Below, one piece after another: positions 18,003-30,486 of a stretch of 64,000 bases of DNA (position 1 is the stretch's first letter; every line of letters starts with the position of its first letter). The DNA is taken from NCBI GenBank assembly GCA_963510335.1, contig CAUPEV010000003.1, forward strand, positions 232 through 64,231. The letters run 5' to 3'. The position numbers and the translations under genes were made by a program. Origin of the DNA: an uncultured Roseateles sp. Its GTDB lineage: Bacteria; Pseudomonadota; Gammaproteobacteria; Burkholderiales; Burkholderiaceae_C. The notes beneath the pieces were generated by a model. The model ran no database searches and had not been told where the DNA came from. It saw only the letters and a program-made list of their open reading frames with translations.

Positions 18003-19268
18003 ATGAAATCCATCGTCGTCCTGAGCTGTGCCCTGATGGGCCTTGCAAACATTGGCAATGCCCAAGCCGAGTCCATCGGCCTGAGCTATCTGGGTCAACA
18101 GATCGTCGAATCTGGCCGCGTCTATGCAGGCACCACCGTCGGCGGCCTGTCAGGCTTGGACTACAACGCCGCCACCGGCCGCTACTTGGCCATCAGCGAT
18201 GACCGCAGCGCCCTCAACCCGGCGCGTTTCTACGAGCTGAGCCTGGACGTCGCCAAGTTCCAGCGCAGCGCCACGCCTGGTAATTCTGGCGTTAGCTTTG
18301 GTGCCGTCACCACCATCCTCAACAGCGACGGCACGGCCTTCGGCGCCAACAAGGTCGACCCCGAAAGCCTGCGCCTGGACTCCGCCCGCAACCGCATCTA
18401 TTGGACCAACGAGGGCCAGCGCGCCGCAGCCGGTTTGCAAGACCCGACCGTGCGCAGCATGAATCTGGACGGCAGCTATGCCGGCAGCTTCGCCGTGCCG
18501 GATCGTTTCAAACCGGCCGGATCTATCGCCGGCAACCAAGCCGGTGATCGCGGCATCGTCAACAACCTCGCTTTTGAAAGCCTGACGCTGTCACAAGACG
18601 GCAAGACGCTCTGGACCGCGACCGAGAACGCGCTGGTGCAAGACGGCCCGGCCGCCACCACGGCCAATGGCAGCAACAGCCGCCTGCTCTCCTTTGCCCT
18701 CAACAGCGGCCAGGCCGGCGCCGAGTATGTGTACCAAGTGGCACCGGTGGTGCTGCCCCCGATCCCAGGTCAATTTGCCACCAATGGCTTGACCGACTTC
18801 ATCGCCATCGGCGACCGTCAGTTCATCACGATCGAGCGCTCCTTCGGCGTTGGCGCGAACACACCCGGTGTGGCCGCCACAACCAACGGCTTGCCCACCG
18901 GCAACACCATCCGCCTGTTCTACGCCGACGCGCGCCAAGCCACCGATGTGTCAGGGCTGGAATCGCTGCAAGGCCAGAGCTTCAATGCGATGAGCAAGGA
19001 GCTGCTGCTCGACCTTTCGACGCTGAAGAACGATGACGGCTCGGTGCTGGCTTTGGACAATATCGAAGGCATCACGCTCGGGCCGGTCGTGGGCGGCAAG
19101 CAAACCTTGATGCTGGTGTCGGACAACAACTTCGGCGGCGCGCAGTTCACGCATTTCATTGCCCTGTCCATCAGCGCGCCAGTACCTGAGCCACAAAGCT
19201 ATGCGCTGATGTTGGCCGGTCTGGGACTCTTGGGCGCTGCCCTGCGCAGCCGTCGCAAGGCCGCCTAA
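18003..19268 (+). CDS. Secreted esterase-like-activity-of-phytase protein with PEP-CTERM anchor
   Basis: Signal peptide; GGLSGLDY, ISDD, DPES, NNLAFESL, DNIEG, VSDNNF; ends VPEPQSYALMLAGLGLLGAALRSRRK. Confidence 0.85.
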   Translation: MKSIVVLSCALMGLANIGNAQAESIGLSYLGQQIVESGRVYAGTTVGGLSGLDYNAATGRYLAISDDRSALNPARFYELSLDVAKFQRSATPGNSGVSFGAVTTILNSDGTAFGANKVDPESLRLDSARNRIYWTNEGQRAAAGLQDPTVRSMNLDGSYAGSFAVPDRFKPAGSIAGNQAGDRGIVNNLAFESLTLSQDGKTLWTATENALVQDGPAATTANGSNSRLLSFALNSGQAGAEYVYQVAPVVLPPIPGQFATNGLTDFIAIGDRQFITIERSFGVGANTPGVAATTNGLPTGNTIRLFYADARQATDVSGLESLQGQSFNAMSKELLLDLSTLKNDDGSVLALDNIEGITLGPVVGGKQTLMLVSDNNFGGAQFTHFIALSISAPVPEPQSYALMLAGLGLLGAALRSRRKAA

Positions 19269-19294
19269 GGACAGCAGCGCGCCCCGTTGAGCGC

Positions 19295-19651
19295 TTACAC
19301 CCCTTTTGCGGGCGTTTTTTTGTCGACGGGGCCGGCTTCCTGCGGGCTCACCAGCGTACCCGCAGCGGCGCCCCCGAGCGCGCCGGCCACGGCGCCTACG
19401 CTGGCGCCGACCACCACGCCCACCGGGCCGGCCACCACGACGCCTATTGCTGCACCTGTGGCTGCTCCTGCCACCATGCCGCCGCCCACCAAGGCCGAGC
19501 TAGCCTCACGCTCGGCGTCTGCGGGATTGAGTGGAATCTGCGCCGCAGGCCGCGTATCCTGCGACGGAATGCCGTACCCGGGACGGGCCTGCTCGGCAAG
19601 ATCTTCATCGATAGGTGCTTCGCTCGATGGCGGGAGGCTGGACGGATTCAT
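19295..19651 (-). CDS. Small hypothetical protein with glycine-zipper segment
   Basis: GGGMVAGAATGAAIGVVVAGPVGVVVGASVGAVAGALGG; AAGGA RBS before ATG 19651. Confidence 0.65.
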   Translation of the reverse strand: MNPSSLPPSSEAPIDEDLAEQARPGYGIPSQDTRPAAQIPLNPADAEREASSALVGGGMVAGAATGAAIGVVVAGPVGVVVGASVGAVAGALGGAAAGTLVSPQEAGPVDKKTPAKGV

Positions 19652-19965
19652 GAGATTTCCTTCAGGCGTATGGACGAAGTCCCGAGCGCGAGGCTTGGGC
19701 GGCAATCCTTTGTACCGCCAGCTCTCAAGCAGCGGCACCGTCCTGCAAGCCGAAGGGATGTAGGACAAGCACCTGCGCGCTCTGTTTGCGAGAGACGGCT
19801 TCAAGCCTGCGCCAAGTCAGTCCCAAGCTCGCACCTTGGCTGCTCACGCCGAGCTCTGGCTTCATAGCCTGAACAGGCATCGCCGTAGCGCTTCAAACTC
19901 GTTAGTTGTTCGCTCAATGACTGAGGTGAGAGTCTCATGCATCATGGCTGCCTGACTTTTTCCTA

Positions 19966-21321
19966 TCAGCCATAGAGATCCATACTCCTTATCACCTCGG
20001 CCACCTTGGCCAGCGCGTTGTGCAGCCTGGGCAGCTCCACCGAGCCCAAGGCCAAGCGGATCGCATGCGGGACCTGCGCCGAGGTCGCATAAGGCTCGGC
20101 GGTGGAGACCGAGATGCCTTCGCGCAGCAAGGCCATCGCCACTTGCTCGGCACGCACCTCTTCCCCCAGCGGCAGCCAAAGGAAGTAGGAGGCTGGGTGG
20201 CAGACGCGCTTGAGCTTGCCCAAGAGCCGGGCGGCGACTTGCTGGCGCGCGTGCGCATCCTGGCGCTTGGTGGCCTCCAGACGAGCGACGGTGCCGTCGG
20301 CCAGCCAGCCGCAGGCGATGGCGGTCATCAGGCCCGGTGTGTTCCAGGTCGTGGCCCGAATCGCGCGTTCGAGCTGGGCCACCGACGCGGGCGGTGCGAC
20401 AACATACCCGACCCGCAGTCCCGTGGCCACGCTCTTGGAGAAGCCGGACACGTAGACCGTTATGTCCGGTGCCAGCGCCGCCAAGGGCGCGGGTGCGTCT
20501 TCGATCAAGAAGGCATAGGCCGCGTCTTCGATGATGAGCAGGCCGTGCCGGCGCGCTACCGCCACCAGGTCGTGCCGGCGGCTGCTGCTCATCACCCAGC
20601 CCAAGGGGTTGTGCAGCGTCGGCATGGTGTAGATCGCCTTGACCTTGCGGCGCTTGCACAGCGCGTCCAGCGCATCCGGGTCGGGGCCTTGACCCGCCGC
20701 CGGCAGCGCCACCAACTCCAGGCGATGCGCGTCGGCCAGCAGCTTGAAGCCGGGATAACTCAAACCATCAACGGCGACCACATCGCCGGCTTGCAGCAAA
20801 GCCATCACGGTAATCGCCAGGCCATGCTGCGCACCGTCGACCAGCAGCACTTGTTCGCCCGCCACGCTCAGGCCGCTGGCGGCAAGATGCCGCGCCACTG
20901 CTGCGCGCTCATGCGGGCGCCCGCCATGCGGTTGGTAGCGCAACAAGGCCTCCAGGTCGCCACCCGAGGCGATTTCGCGCAATGAAGTCCGCAGCAATTC
21001 GGCCTGACCGGGCAGTGACGGGTAGTTGAAGCTCAAGTCCACCATATCGGTGGCCGCCGCGTGCTGATAGGCATGTGGATCGATCAGACCATGGCCGCGC
21101 GGCAGCGCGGTTTCGCGCACAAAAGTGCCGCGGCCGGTTTCCCCGCTGACCAGGCCCATTGCCCCTAACTCCGCATACACGCGGCTTGCGGTCATCAAGG
21201 CCAACCCTTCGCTGGCGGCGAGCCGCCGATGCGTGGGCAAGCGTGTGCCCGGCGGCATGCGGCCGGCACGAATATCGGCGGCGAAGCGATCGACGACCTG
21301 CTTGTACCGGGCTTGCACCAT
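19966..21321 (-). CDS. MocR-subfamily GntR regulator (HTH plus PLP aminotransferase domain)
   Basis: GTRLPTHRRLA HTH, GRGTFV, PTLHNPLG, IEDAAY, SKSVATGLRVGY. Confidence 0.9.
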   Translation of the reverse strand: MVQARYKQVVDRFAADIRAGRMPPGTRLPTHRRLAASEGLALMTASRVYAELGAMGLVSGETGRGTFVRETALPRGHGLIDPHAYQHAAATDMVDLSFNYPSLPGQAELLRTSLREIASGGDLEALLRYQPHGGRPHERAAVARHLAASGLSVAGEQVLLVDGAQHGLAITVMALLQAGDVVAVDGLSYPGFKLLADAHRLELVALPAAGQGPDPDALDALCKRRKVKAIYTMPTLHNPLGWVMSSSRRHDLVAVARRHGLLIIEDAAYAFLIEDAPAPLAALAPDITVYVSGFSKSVATGLRVGYVVAPPASVAQLERAIRATTWNTPGLMTAIACGWLADGTVARLEATKRQDAHARQQVAARLLGKLKRVCHPASYFLWLPLGEEVRAEQVAMALLREGISVSTAEPYATSAQVPHAIRLALGSVELPRLHNALAKVAEVIRSMDLYG

Positions 21322-21328
21322 AAGGCAA

Positions 21329-21365
21329 TGTATCTATGACAATTATTTGATTGTCCTGATTGTGA
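21329..21365. promoter_or_regulatory. Candidate MocR operator in the divergent promoter
   Basis: AT-rich region with GACAAT-N6-ATTGTC inverted repeat (21338-21355) plus a repeated ATTGT. Confidence 0.45.
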
Positions 21366-21432
21366 TGCCTAGACTGGCGACTTACAAGCGCGCGGGCAGA
21401 CCTGGGCGCTGGCACTGAATGGAGAAGCTCAA

Positions 21433-22320
21433 TTGACGCAGCCGCAAACCCCCACAACAAAAGCATCCAGCAGCGGTTGGCTCAATGGCTTTATCGGCGT
21501 GCTGATCTTCAGCGCCTCCTTGCCAGCAACCCGGCTGGCCGTGCGGGAGTTTTCGCCCTTCTTTCTGACTGCTGCCCGCGCCAGCATCGCCGGCCTGTTG
21601 GCGCTGGGCCTGCTGCTGCTCTTCAAGGAAAAGCGGCCCGCCAAGCATCAGCTGCTGCCTTTGGCCATCGTCGCGGCTGGCGTTGTGCTGGGCTTTCCGC
21701 TGCTGACGGCCTTGGCGCTGCAATATGTGACGTCGGCGCATTCGATTGTGTTCCTGGGCCTGTTGCCGCTCGCCACCGCCAGTTTTGGGGTGTGGCGCGG
21801 GGGTGAGCGTCCGCGCCCGGCTTTCTGGTTCTTCTCGGTCTTGGGCAGTTTGCTGGTGGTGGGCTTCGCGCTGTCGCAAGGGCTGACGGCGTCTCCGGCG
21901 GGAGATCTGTTGATGTTGCTGGCGATCCTTGTTTGCGGGCTCGGTTACGCAGAGGGCGCGAAGTTGTCACGCACGCTGGGTGGCTGGCAAGTGATTTCTT
22001 GGGCCTTGGTGCTGGCCCTGCCGCTGATGGCACTGCTGAGCTGGTTCAAAGCGCCGCCCGATTTCACCGGGATCACCACTCCCGCCTGGTTGAGCCTGGC
22101 CTATGTCTCGGTCTTCAGCATGCTGATCGGCTTTGTGTTCTGGTATCGCGGCTTGGCGCAAGGCGGCATTGCCGCCGTCGGCCAACTACAACTCTTGCAG
22201 CCCTTCTTTGGGCTGGCGCTGGCGGCCACGCTGCTGGACGAGCAGGTCAGCCCGCTGATGCTGGGCGTCACGGTGGCGGTGATTCTCTGTGTGGCGGGTT
22301 CGAAAAAGTTTGGCCGCTAG
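21433..22320 (+). CDS. EamA/DMT-family transporter
   Basis: About 10 hydrophobic segments in two EamA repeats; divergent from the MocR regulator. Confidence 0.88.
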   Translation: MTQPQTPTTKASSSGWLNGFIGVLIFSASLPATRLAVREFSPFFLTAARASIAGLLALGLLLLFKEKRPAKHQLLPLAIVAAGVVLGFPLLTALALQYVTSAHSIVFLGLLPLATASFGVWRGGERPRPAFWFFSVLGSLLVVGFALSQGLTASPAGDLLMLLAILVCGLGYAEGAKLSRTLGGWQVISWALVLALPLMALLSWFKAPPDFTGITTPAWLSLAYVSVFSMLIGFVFWYRGLAQGGIAAVGQLQLLQPFFGLALAATLLDEQVSPLMLGVTVAVILCVAGSKKFGR

Positions 22321-22525
22321 AGCGATCAGCTGGGCCGGGTTTGCGTGCGCGCCCCTGGCTTTCTATCGTCTGGGCTTGCGTGCTGAGAAATTTTGCTTAA
22401 AATACTGACCTATTGGTTGGTTTGTATTTTGACGACTGGCAACATAGCGAGTGCCATCAAGCATCGACCACATAGCTGGCAAGCAATTCCCGCGAAATTT
22501 GCTTGCTGTTTTTTTGATGCAAACG

Positions 22526-22541
22526 CCTACCAAGTAGTAGG
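22526..22541. promoter_or_regulatory. Candidate TetR (NemR-like) operator
   Basis: Palindrome CCTACCAAGTAGTAGG 20 bp upstream of the SDR start; similar site CTGACCTATTGGTTGG at 22405-22420. Confidence 0.55.
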
Positions 22542-22561
22542 TATATTTTCTGGAGAATGCA

Positions 22562-23341
22562 ATGACTACGACATTCACTGGCAAAAAGCTCTTGGTCGTC
22601 GGCGGCAGCAGCGGCATCGGCTTGGAAACCGCACGCCTGGTACTGGAGCAGGGCGGCCGGGTGCTTATTGTTGGCCATCGGGCGGACAAGCTCGAAGCAG
22701 CGCACCTCATGCTCACCGAGCTGGGCGAGGTAACGTCGCTGAGCGCCGACCTGAGCACAGCCGCTGGTGTGGACCGTCTGCTTCAAACCCTGGATGCCGA
22801 GCACCGGGACATTGATCTCCTCGTCAATGCCGCCGGCGTGTTCTTCCCCAAGCCCTTCCTGGAACATAGCCACGCCGATTACGACCAGTACATGAGTCTG
22901 AACCGCGCCTTCTTCTTTCTGACGCAAAAAGTCGCACAGAACATGGTGGCGGACGGCCGCCAGGGCGCCATCGTCAACATCGGTTCGATGTGGGGCAAGC
23001 AGGCGATCCAGGCCACGCCGTCGAGCGCATATTCGATGGCCAAGGCCGGCCTGCATTCGCTGACCCAGCATTTGGCGATGGAGCTGGCCCCGCATGGCAT
23101 CCGTGTCAACGCGGTGTCGCCGGCGGTGGTGCAGACGCCGATCTATGAGGGCTTCATTCCCAAGGCCGAGGTGCATGCCGCGCTGCAAGGCTTCAACAGC
23201 TTCCACCCAATCGGCCGCGTCGGTACGCCGCGCGATGTGGCCGAGGCAATTGGCTTTTTGCTGTCCGACAAGGCCAGCTGGGTGACCGGGGCGGTTTGGG
23301 ACGTGGACGGCGGCGTGATGGCCGGGCGCAATGTCGCCTGA
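22562..23341 (+). CDS. SDR-family oxidoreductase
   Basis: [27 protein letters not shown]. Confidence 0.92.
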   Translation: MTTTFTGKKLLVVGGSSGIGLETARLVLEQGGRVLIVGHRADKLEAAHLMLTELGEVTSLSADLSTAAGVDRLLQTLDAEHRDIDLLVNAAGVFFPKPFLEHSHADYDQYMSLNRAFFFLTQKVAQNMVADGRQGAIVNIGSMWGKQAIQATPSSAYSMAKAGLHSLTQHLAMELAPHGIRVNAVSPAVVQTPIYEGFIPKAEVHAALQGFNSFHPIGRVGTPRDVAEAIGFLLSDKASWVTGAVWDVDGGVMAGRNVA

Positions 23342-23378
23342 AGCCTTCTTGGTAAGCGCGTAGAAGGATACTGGCCGG

Positions 23379-24074
23379 ATGAATCATCTGAAGTTGCACA
23401 GCGACCTGACACAAGCCGTCGTGATCGATACGCAAGCGCTGCCTTGGCTGCCATCACCGGCAGCCGGGGTGATGCGCAAAATGTTGCACCGCGATGGCGA
23501 CGAGGTCGCGGTCGCCACCTCGCTGGTGCGTTATGCGCCGGGCTCCAAGTTTGATCGGCATACGCACGATATGGGCGAGGAGTTCTTCGTGCTGGAGGGT
23601 GAGTTTGCCGATGAATATGGCCGTTATCCGGCGGGCAGCGCTGTGCGCAACCCCTGGGGTTCGTCCCATGCGCCGTTTACCGACAGCGGCTGCATCATCT
23701 TCGTCAAGCTCAGGCAGTTGCAGGCCGAGGACCAGCAGCGCCGGGTGATCGATACCCGCGCCACGGCCTGGGAGCCAGGTCCGGCGGCCGGTATCGAGCT
23801 GATGCCACTCGGCGGCTTTGGATCGGAGCAGACCAGCTTGGTGAAATTGGCCCCGGCGGCCAGCTTGCCTTGCCGCGGGCATCGAGGATGCCAGGGCGGC
23901 GCAGAGATCTTTGTCATCAGCGGCGAACTCCAGCATGAGCAGCGCCGCTGCGGACCAGGCAACTGGTTGCGCCTGCCCGATGGACATCAGCACCAGCCCC
24001 TATCAAGCGCACAAGGCTGTACCTTCTGGCTCAAGACCGGTCATCTGCCGCCGACTTCCGTCGCTAGGCCTTGA
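23379..24074 (+). CDS. ChrR-like tandem cupin protein
   Basis: TSLVRYAPGS.F..HTH..GEEFFVLEG and a second cupin GGAEIFVISG; ends WLKTGHL. Confidence 0.8.
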   Translation: MNHLKLHSDLTQAVVIDTQALPWLPSPAAGVMRKMLHRDGDEVAVATSLVRYAPGSKFDRHTHDMGEEFFVLEGEFADEYGRYPAGSAVRNPWGSSHAPFTDSGCIIFVKLRQLQAEDQQRRVIDTRATAWEPGPAAGIELMPLGGFGSEQTSLVKLAPAASLPCRGHRGCQGGAEIFVISGELQHEQRRCGPGNWLRLPDGHQHQPLSSAQGCTFWLKTGHLPPTSVARP

Positions 24075-24129
24075 AGCTGAGTTCCCTAGAATTCGTCTAC
24101 CTCTTGCTTGGTCAAAGACGCCAGATTCC

Positions 24130-24714
24130 ATGAAACATTTTTCCGAACTGACGGCCTCGGCCGAGCGCATTGTGGATGCCGGCGAGGCGCTGATACAGCG
24201 CGTCGGCTACAACGGCTTCTCCTATGAAGACGTGGCGCAAATGGTCGGCATTCGCAAGCCCAGCATTCATCACCATTTCCCGACCAAGATCGAGTTGGGG
24301 GTGGTGGTAGCGCAGCGCTACACCCACCGCTTTCGCCAGGCCCTGCTGCATATCGAAGGCACGCAGGCGCGCGCACCGGAGCGCCTTTGCGCCTATGCCC
24401 AGTTGTTCGAGACGACCTATGCCGAAAACCGCCGCCTGTGCGTGTGCGGCATGTTGGGTGCCGAGTCCGATTCCTTGCCGGCCGAGATCAATGCCGAGGT
24501 GCGGCGGTTTTTTGAGGTCAATGTGGCCTGGCTCGAGAGCGTGATTGCCCAAGGCCAGCAGGCCGGGACGGTGAATGTTGCTATCTCCGCGCCGGAATGG
24601 GCGCTGACCCTCTTGGGCGCGCTGGAAGGCGCGATGCTGGTGGGCCGCGGTCTGCAGTCGGGCCGGGGGCCGCGCCAAGTGATGGACACCTTATTGGTAT
24701 CGATAGCGGCATGA
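24130..24714 (+). CDS. TetR/AcrR-family regulator (NemR-like)
   Basis: GYNGFSYEDVAQMVGIRKPSIHHHFPTK HTH; LCVCGML. Confidence 0.88.
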   Translation: MKHFSELTASAERIVDAGEALIQRVGYNGFSYEDVAQMVGIRKPSIHHHFPTKIELGVVVAQRYTHRFRQALLHIEGTQARAPERLCAYAQLFETTYAENRRLCVCGMLGAESDSLPAEINAEVRRFFEVNVAWLESVIAQGQQAGTVNVAISAPEWALTLLGALEGAMLVGRGLQSGRGPRQVMDTLLVSIAA

Positions 24715-25808
24715 GCGTGAGCGAGCAACTGAGCGTCGTCATCGGCGCCGGCCTGAGCGGTCTGCACGCTGCATGGCGGCTGCAAGAGGCGGGGCATGCG
24801 GTGATGCTGGTCGAGGCGCGGGAGCGCGTGGGCGGGCGCGTGCTCAGTGTGCCTGCGTCTGACGGCGCCGCACACCGGCTGGATCTGGGCCCGTCCTGGT
24901 ACTGGCCCGAGATCAATCCGCTGATGACGGCCTGGGTGCAGCGCCTGGGGCTAACAAGTTACCCGCAGCACACAGAAGGAGCCAGCCTGCTCGAAGGGCC
25001 GGACGGGGCCGTGCGGCGCCTGGGCCACAGCTGGGAGCAGCAGCCGCGCTCGATGCGCATTGCCGGCGGCATGGGCGCATTGGTGGGCGGTATTCAAAGC
25101 TTGTTGACGCAGGTGCAATGGCTGCCGGGGACGCAGGTCGAGGCCTTGCAGCTGAGGCCGGAAGGCGGCGTCGATCTGCATCTGAGGCAGGGCGAGCGCC
25201 GCTGGGTGCAGCGCGCCGCGCGCGTCATCAGCAGCTTGCCGCCGCGCTTGCTGGCCGAGCTGTCGGCCGAGCCCGCTTGGCCGCCGGCCACAGCGCTGGG
25301 CTGGCGCCGTACGCCGACCTGGATGGCCGGCCAGGCCAAGTTTGTCGCGGTCTATGAACAGGCCTTTTGGCGCGAAGCCGGCCTCTCGGGCGCGGCCGGC
25401 AGCCATCGCGGGCCTATGGTGGAGATCCATGACGCCTCTGACGGCGCCGGCCAGCAGGCAGCGCTATTTGGCTTTCTGGGTGTGCCGCCGTCTTACCGGC
25501 AAGGCATGGGCGAGGCAGACCTGCGCCAGCAATCCCTGACCCAACTCGCCCGTTTGTTCGGCCCGCAGGCCGAAGCGCCCTTGTGGTCGGCAGTACAGGA
25601 TTGGACGCAAGAGCCGTTCACGGCTGATGCGCTGGACCACAGGCCGCTCAGCCAACATCCGGTTTACAGCTCGCCGAATGTGCCGGCCGAATGGCGCGGG
25701 CGCCTCTGGCTGGCCGGCACCGAGTTCGCACCGCAGTCGGGCGGGTTCTTGGAAGGGGCGCTGGAAGCGGCGGAGCAGGTGGCCGCTGACCTGCTCCGCG
25801 GGTCTTGA
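24711..25808 (+). CDS. Flavin monoamine-oxidase-family protein
   Basis: IGAGLSGL, EARERVGGR, DLGPSW, AGTE...GGFLEGAL. Confidence 0.85.
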   Translation: MSVSEQLSVVIGAGLSGLHAAWRLQEAGHAVMLVEARERVGGRVLSVPASDGAAHRLDLGPSWYWPEINPLMTAWVQRLGLTSYPQHTEGASLLEGPDGAVRRLGHSWEQQPRSMRIAGGMGALVGGIQSLLTQVQWLPGTQVEALQLRPEGGVDLHLRQGERRWVQRAARVISSLPPRLLAELSAEPAWPPATALGWRRTPTWMAGQAKFVAVYEQAFWREAGLSGAAGSHRGPMVEIHDASDGAGQQAALFGFLGVPPSYRQGMGEADLRQQSLTQLARLFGPQAEAPLWSAVQDWTQEPFTADALDHRPLSQHPVYSSPNVPAEWRGRLWLAGTEFAPQSGGFLEGALEAAEQVAADLLRGS

Positions 25809-25809
25809 A

Positions 25810-28059
<2,250 letters not shown>

Positions 28060-28077
28060 TTAGGCAGCGCGCAGATG

Positions 28078-28103
28078 ATGACTTTTGCCAATCACGGTCA
28101 TAG
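28078..28103 (-). promoter_or_regulatory. Possible partial OxyR-type site upstream of katG
   Basis: Minus strand CTAT-N7-ATTG-N7-TCAT follows the ATAG-N7-CTAT periodicity; only three boxes are recognisable. Confidence 0.3.
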
Positions 28104-28336
28104 CCTGTTTTGAGCTGCGCTGGATTCGACCAGCTATCGCCGATCAAATGGGGCTGCACGGTCGTGATGGCCGCCGCTCCGACCCAGCGCCAGCGCCCGG
28201 CCATCCTATGGCTGTATGACGCAGCGGCAGAGAACATGCGCCCAATATGCATAATGCGTCGGCGCTATGCACTCGCCTACCGCCAGAAACTTGCGTCTCA
28301 CTCCCTCCCTCTGTCTGTCTTGGCCGGCCATTCCCG

Positions 28337-29173
28337 ATGAAGCGTTTGTTGATGACTTTGGTGGGTCTGTTGCTCGGCGTCTGTTCACAGGCGGCCGACC
28401 TTGAGGTCAAGGTGATGAGTTTCAACATCCGTTGTGGCTCGTGCGAAAACAGCGATGACCTCAATCATTGGAGCCGACGCCAGCATTTGGTGGTGGACTT
28501 GATCAAGAAGGCTCAACCCGACTTGATTGGCTTGCAAGAGGCCGAGATGTTCCAGCTGCAAGACTTGCTTGCGGCCTTGGCCGACTACGACTTCATCGCC
28601 GTTGGCCGCGACGACGGCAAGACCCGCGGGGAAAGTACCGCCATCTTCTTCCGCAAGGCGCGCTTTGACTTGATCGCGCAGCGAACGCTGTGGCTCTCGG
28701 CCACACCCGACTTGGTCGGCAAGGGCTGGGACGCGGCGCTCAATCGCACGGTCAGTTGGGTGCGGCTCAAACAAAGAGACGGCGGGGCCGAGTTGGCGCT
28801 GATCAATGCGCACTTCGACCACCAGGGCGAGTTGGCGCGCACCGAAAGCACCCGTCTATTGGCCAAAATGGCGCTTGCACAAGGCGTGCCGACGGTCGTC
28901 ACGGGCGACTTCAACTACACCAAGAAGTTCCCCGCTTACGCCATCATCGCCGGCGCCCTGCGCGACGCCGAGCAGGTCGCCTTGCAGCCCGCCGAGGGCG
29001 GTGACATCACGTTCAATGGCTTTGGTAAGTGGCTTGAGCCGGGTAACAAGATCGACTACATCTTTGTCACCGAGGGCTTTGACGTGCTCACGCACAGCGT
29101 CGTCAAGGATTTGCACGGCGGCAACTACCCTTCGGATCATTTCGCGCTGATGGCAAGGCTGCGGCTGCATTGA
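28337..29173 (+). CDS. Secreted endonuclease/exonuclease/phosphatase-family protein
   Basis: Signal peptide; SFNIR, GLQE, NAHFDH, GDFN, KIDYIF, SDH. Confidence 0.87.
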   Translation: MKRLLMTLVGLLLGVCSQAADLEVKVMSFNIRCGSCENSDDLNHWSRRQHLVVDLIKKAQPDLIGLQEAEMFQLQDLLAALADYDFIAVGRDDGKTRGESTAIFFRKARFDLIAQRTLWLSATPDLVGKGWDAALNRTVSWVRLKQRDGGAELALINAHFDHQGELARTESTRLLAKMALAQGVPTVVTGDFNYTKKFPAYAIIAGALRDAEQVALQPAEGGDITFNGFGKWLEPGNKIDYIFVTEGFDVLTHSVVKDLHGGNYPSDHFALMARLRLH

Positions 29174-29412
29174 AGGAAGGCCGTCTTGGCATGCTTGCCG
29201 CCGCCAGCGCAAAGGGCTTCATGGCCATGCGGCCAAACCAGTCCTTTGGGTCAGCGTCGGTCAGTTGGTTTGACTCGCTTGAGGGCCAGACCTTGCAGCA
29301 AGTTAGGGCATGCGCTGATCGGTGCCTGGCATCGCGCACTCGGAACGGGGTCGACTCTTAGGGGCAAAAATGGCGAGTGCTCGCAAGCCCTTGGCAGGTC
29401 GCATTGGCCGCG

Positions 29413-30474
29413 TCACAAAGCCTCAAAAGTGGTCCCGGGCCGCAGGCATTCCGCCCATGTCTTGGCGGACGCATCGAATCCCTCAATATTGGCCAGCACG
29501 ACCAGCGCCCAGCCGTCTTCAAGGCAACGCAGCGCCAGCGAGGAGAAGGCGGCGAAGCTGCCGCCATGGAACAGCATCTGCCCTTGATCCTGGCTCATGC
29601 TCTCGACCCCGAAGCGGTAGGGCAGGCCGGGCGAGCCGAAGCGCAGATCGTCAGCGGCGCACAGAGCGAGCAGCGAATTGCTGCCTTGGAGACGCCAATC
29701 GTCCAGCAGAAAGCCTTCGGCGCGCAGCAACTCATCCAGCGTCGACCACATGCCGCCATCGCCCCAGCTGGCCAGGTTGACCGGCAGTTCGCACCAGCCG
29801 CCGGCCGCGCCGCCTGCGCTGGTTTGGTAGCTACGAGCACGGCGCGGCAGCACGCGATGCGGGTCGTTCTCGAAACCGGTGTCGCGCAATTGCCAGGGCT
29901 CGAAGAGGCGCTGCCGCGCGATCTCGGCCAGCGGCAAGCCAGCGTCGCGTTCCAGCCAGTCGGCCAAGAGCACGTAGTTGCTGTTGCTGTACTCAAAGCG
30001 GCTGCCCGGTTCGAAGTCCCCGTCTTCGGCCCTGCGGATCAATTCCAGCGCCTGAGCCTGGGTGACGAGGTCACTTTCATCTCGACCGAGCTGCATATGC
30101 CAAAGGTATAGATAGTCATCGACGCCGCTGGTGTGGCGCAGCAAGTGACCGAGCCGCACAGGGTGCTCATAGCTTGCCAGCGCAGGCAGCAGCTCACGCA
30201 TATCGGCGTCAAGCGCGATCCGGCCCGCCGCAACAGCCTGCATCACCAGCACCGCGACCCACAGCTTTGACTCCGACGCGAGGTAAAAACGGGTGTCGCC
30301 CGCGAGCGGCTGTTGCCACTCCAGATGCGCCAAGCCGTGATGGGCGGTACGAACGGTCTGGCCCTCTAGCGCCAGGCCGATGCAAAAGCCGGGGCCGAGT
30401 GGATCGTACTTTTCACGCAGCGCGGCAACGGCGACGTCGAAACGATCCAGGAGGCTTGGAGTATCTACATTCAT
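29413..30474 (-). CDS. Serine hydrolase, beta-lactamase (class C-like) family
   Basis: ASESK (SxxK), LLRHTSG, FEYSNSNY, HGGS. Confidence 0.85.
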   Translation of the reverse strand: MNVDTPSLLDRFDVAVAALREKYDPLGPGFCIGLALEGQTVRTAHHGLAHLEWQQPLAGDTRFYLASESKLWVAVLVMQAVAAGRIALDADMRELLPALASYEHPVRLGHLLRHTSGVDDYLYLWHMQLGRDESDLVTQAQALELIRRAEDGDFEPGSRFEYSNSNYVLLADWLERDAGLPLAEIARQRLFEPWQLRDTGFENDPHRVLPRRARSYQTSAGGAAGGWCELPVNLASWGDGGMWSTLDELLRAEGFLLDDWRLQGSNSLLALCAADDLRFGSPGLPYRFGVESMSQDQGQMLFHGGSFAAFSSLALRCLEDGWALVVLANIEGFDASAKTWAECLRPGTTFEAL

Positions 30475-30486
30475 CGTGCGGGCGAA

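Noticed and set aside
29174-29412. Unexplained spacer between convergent EEP and serine hydrolase genes
   Set aside because: No repeat, credible ORF or stable hairpin recognised by eye.
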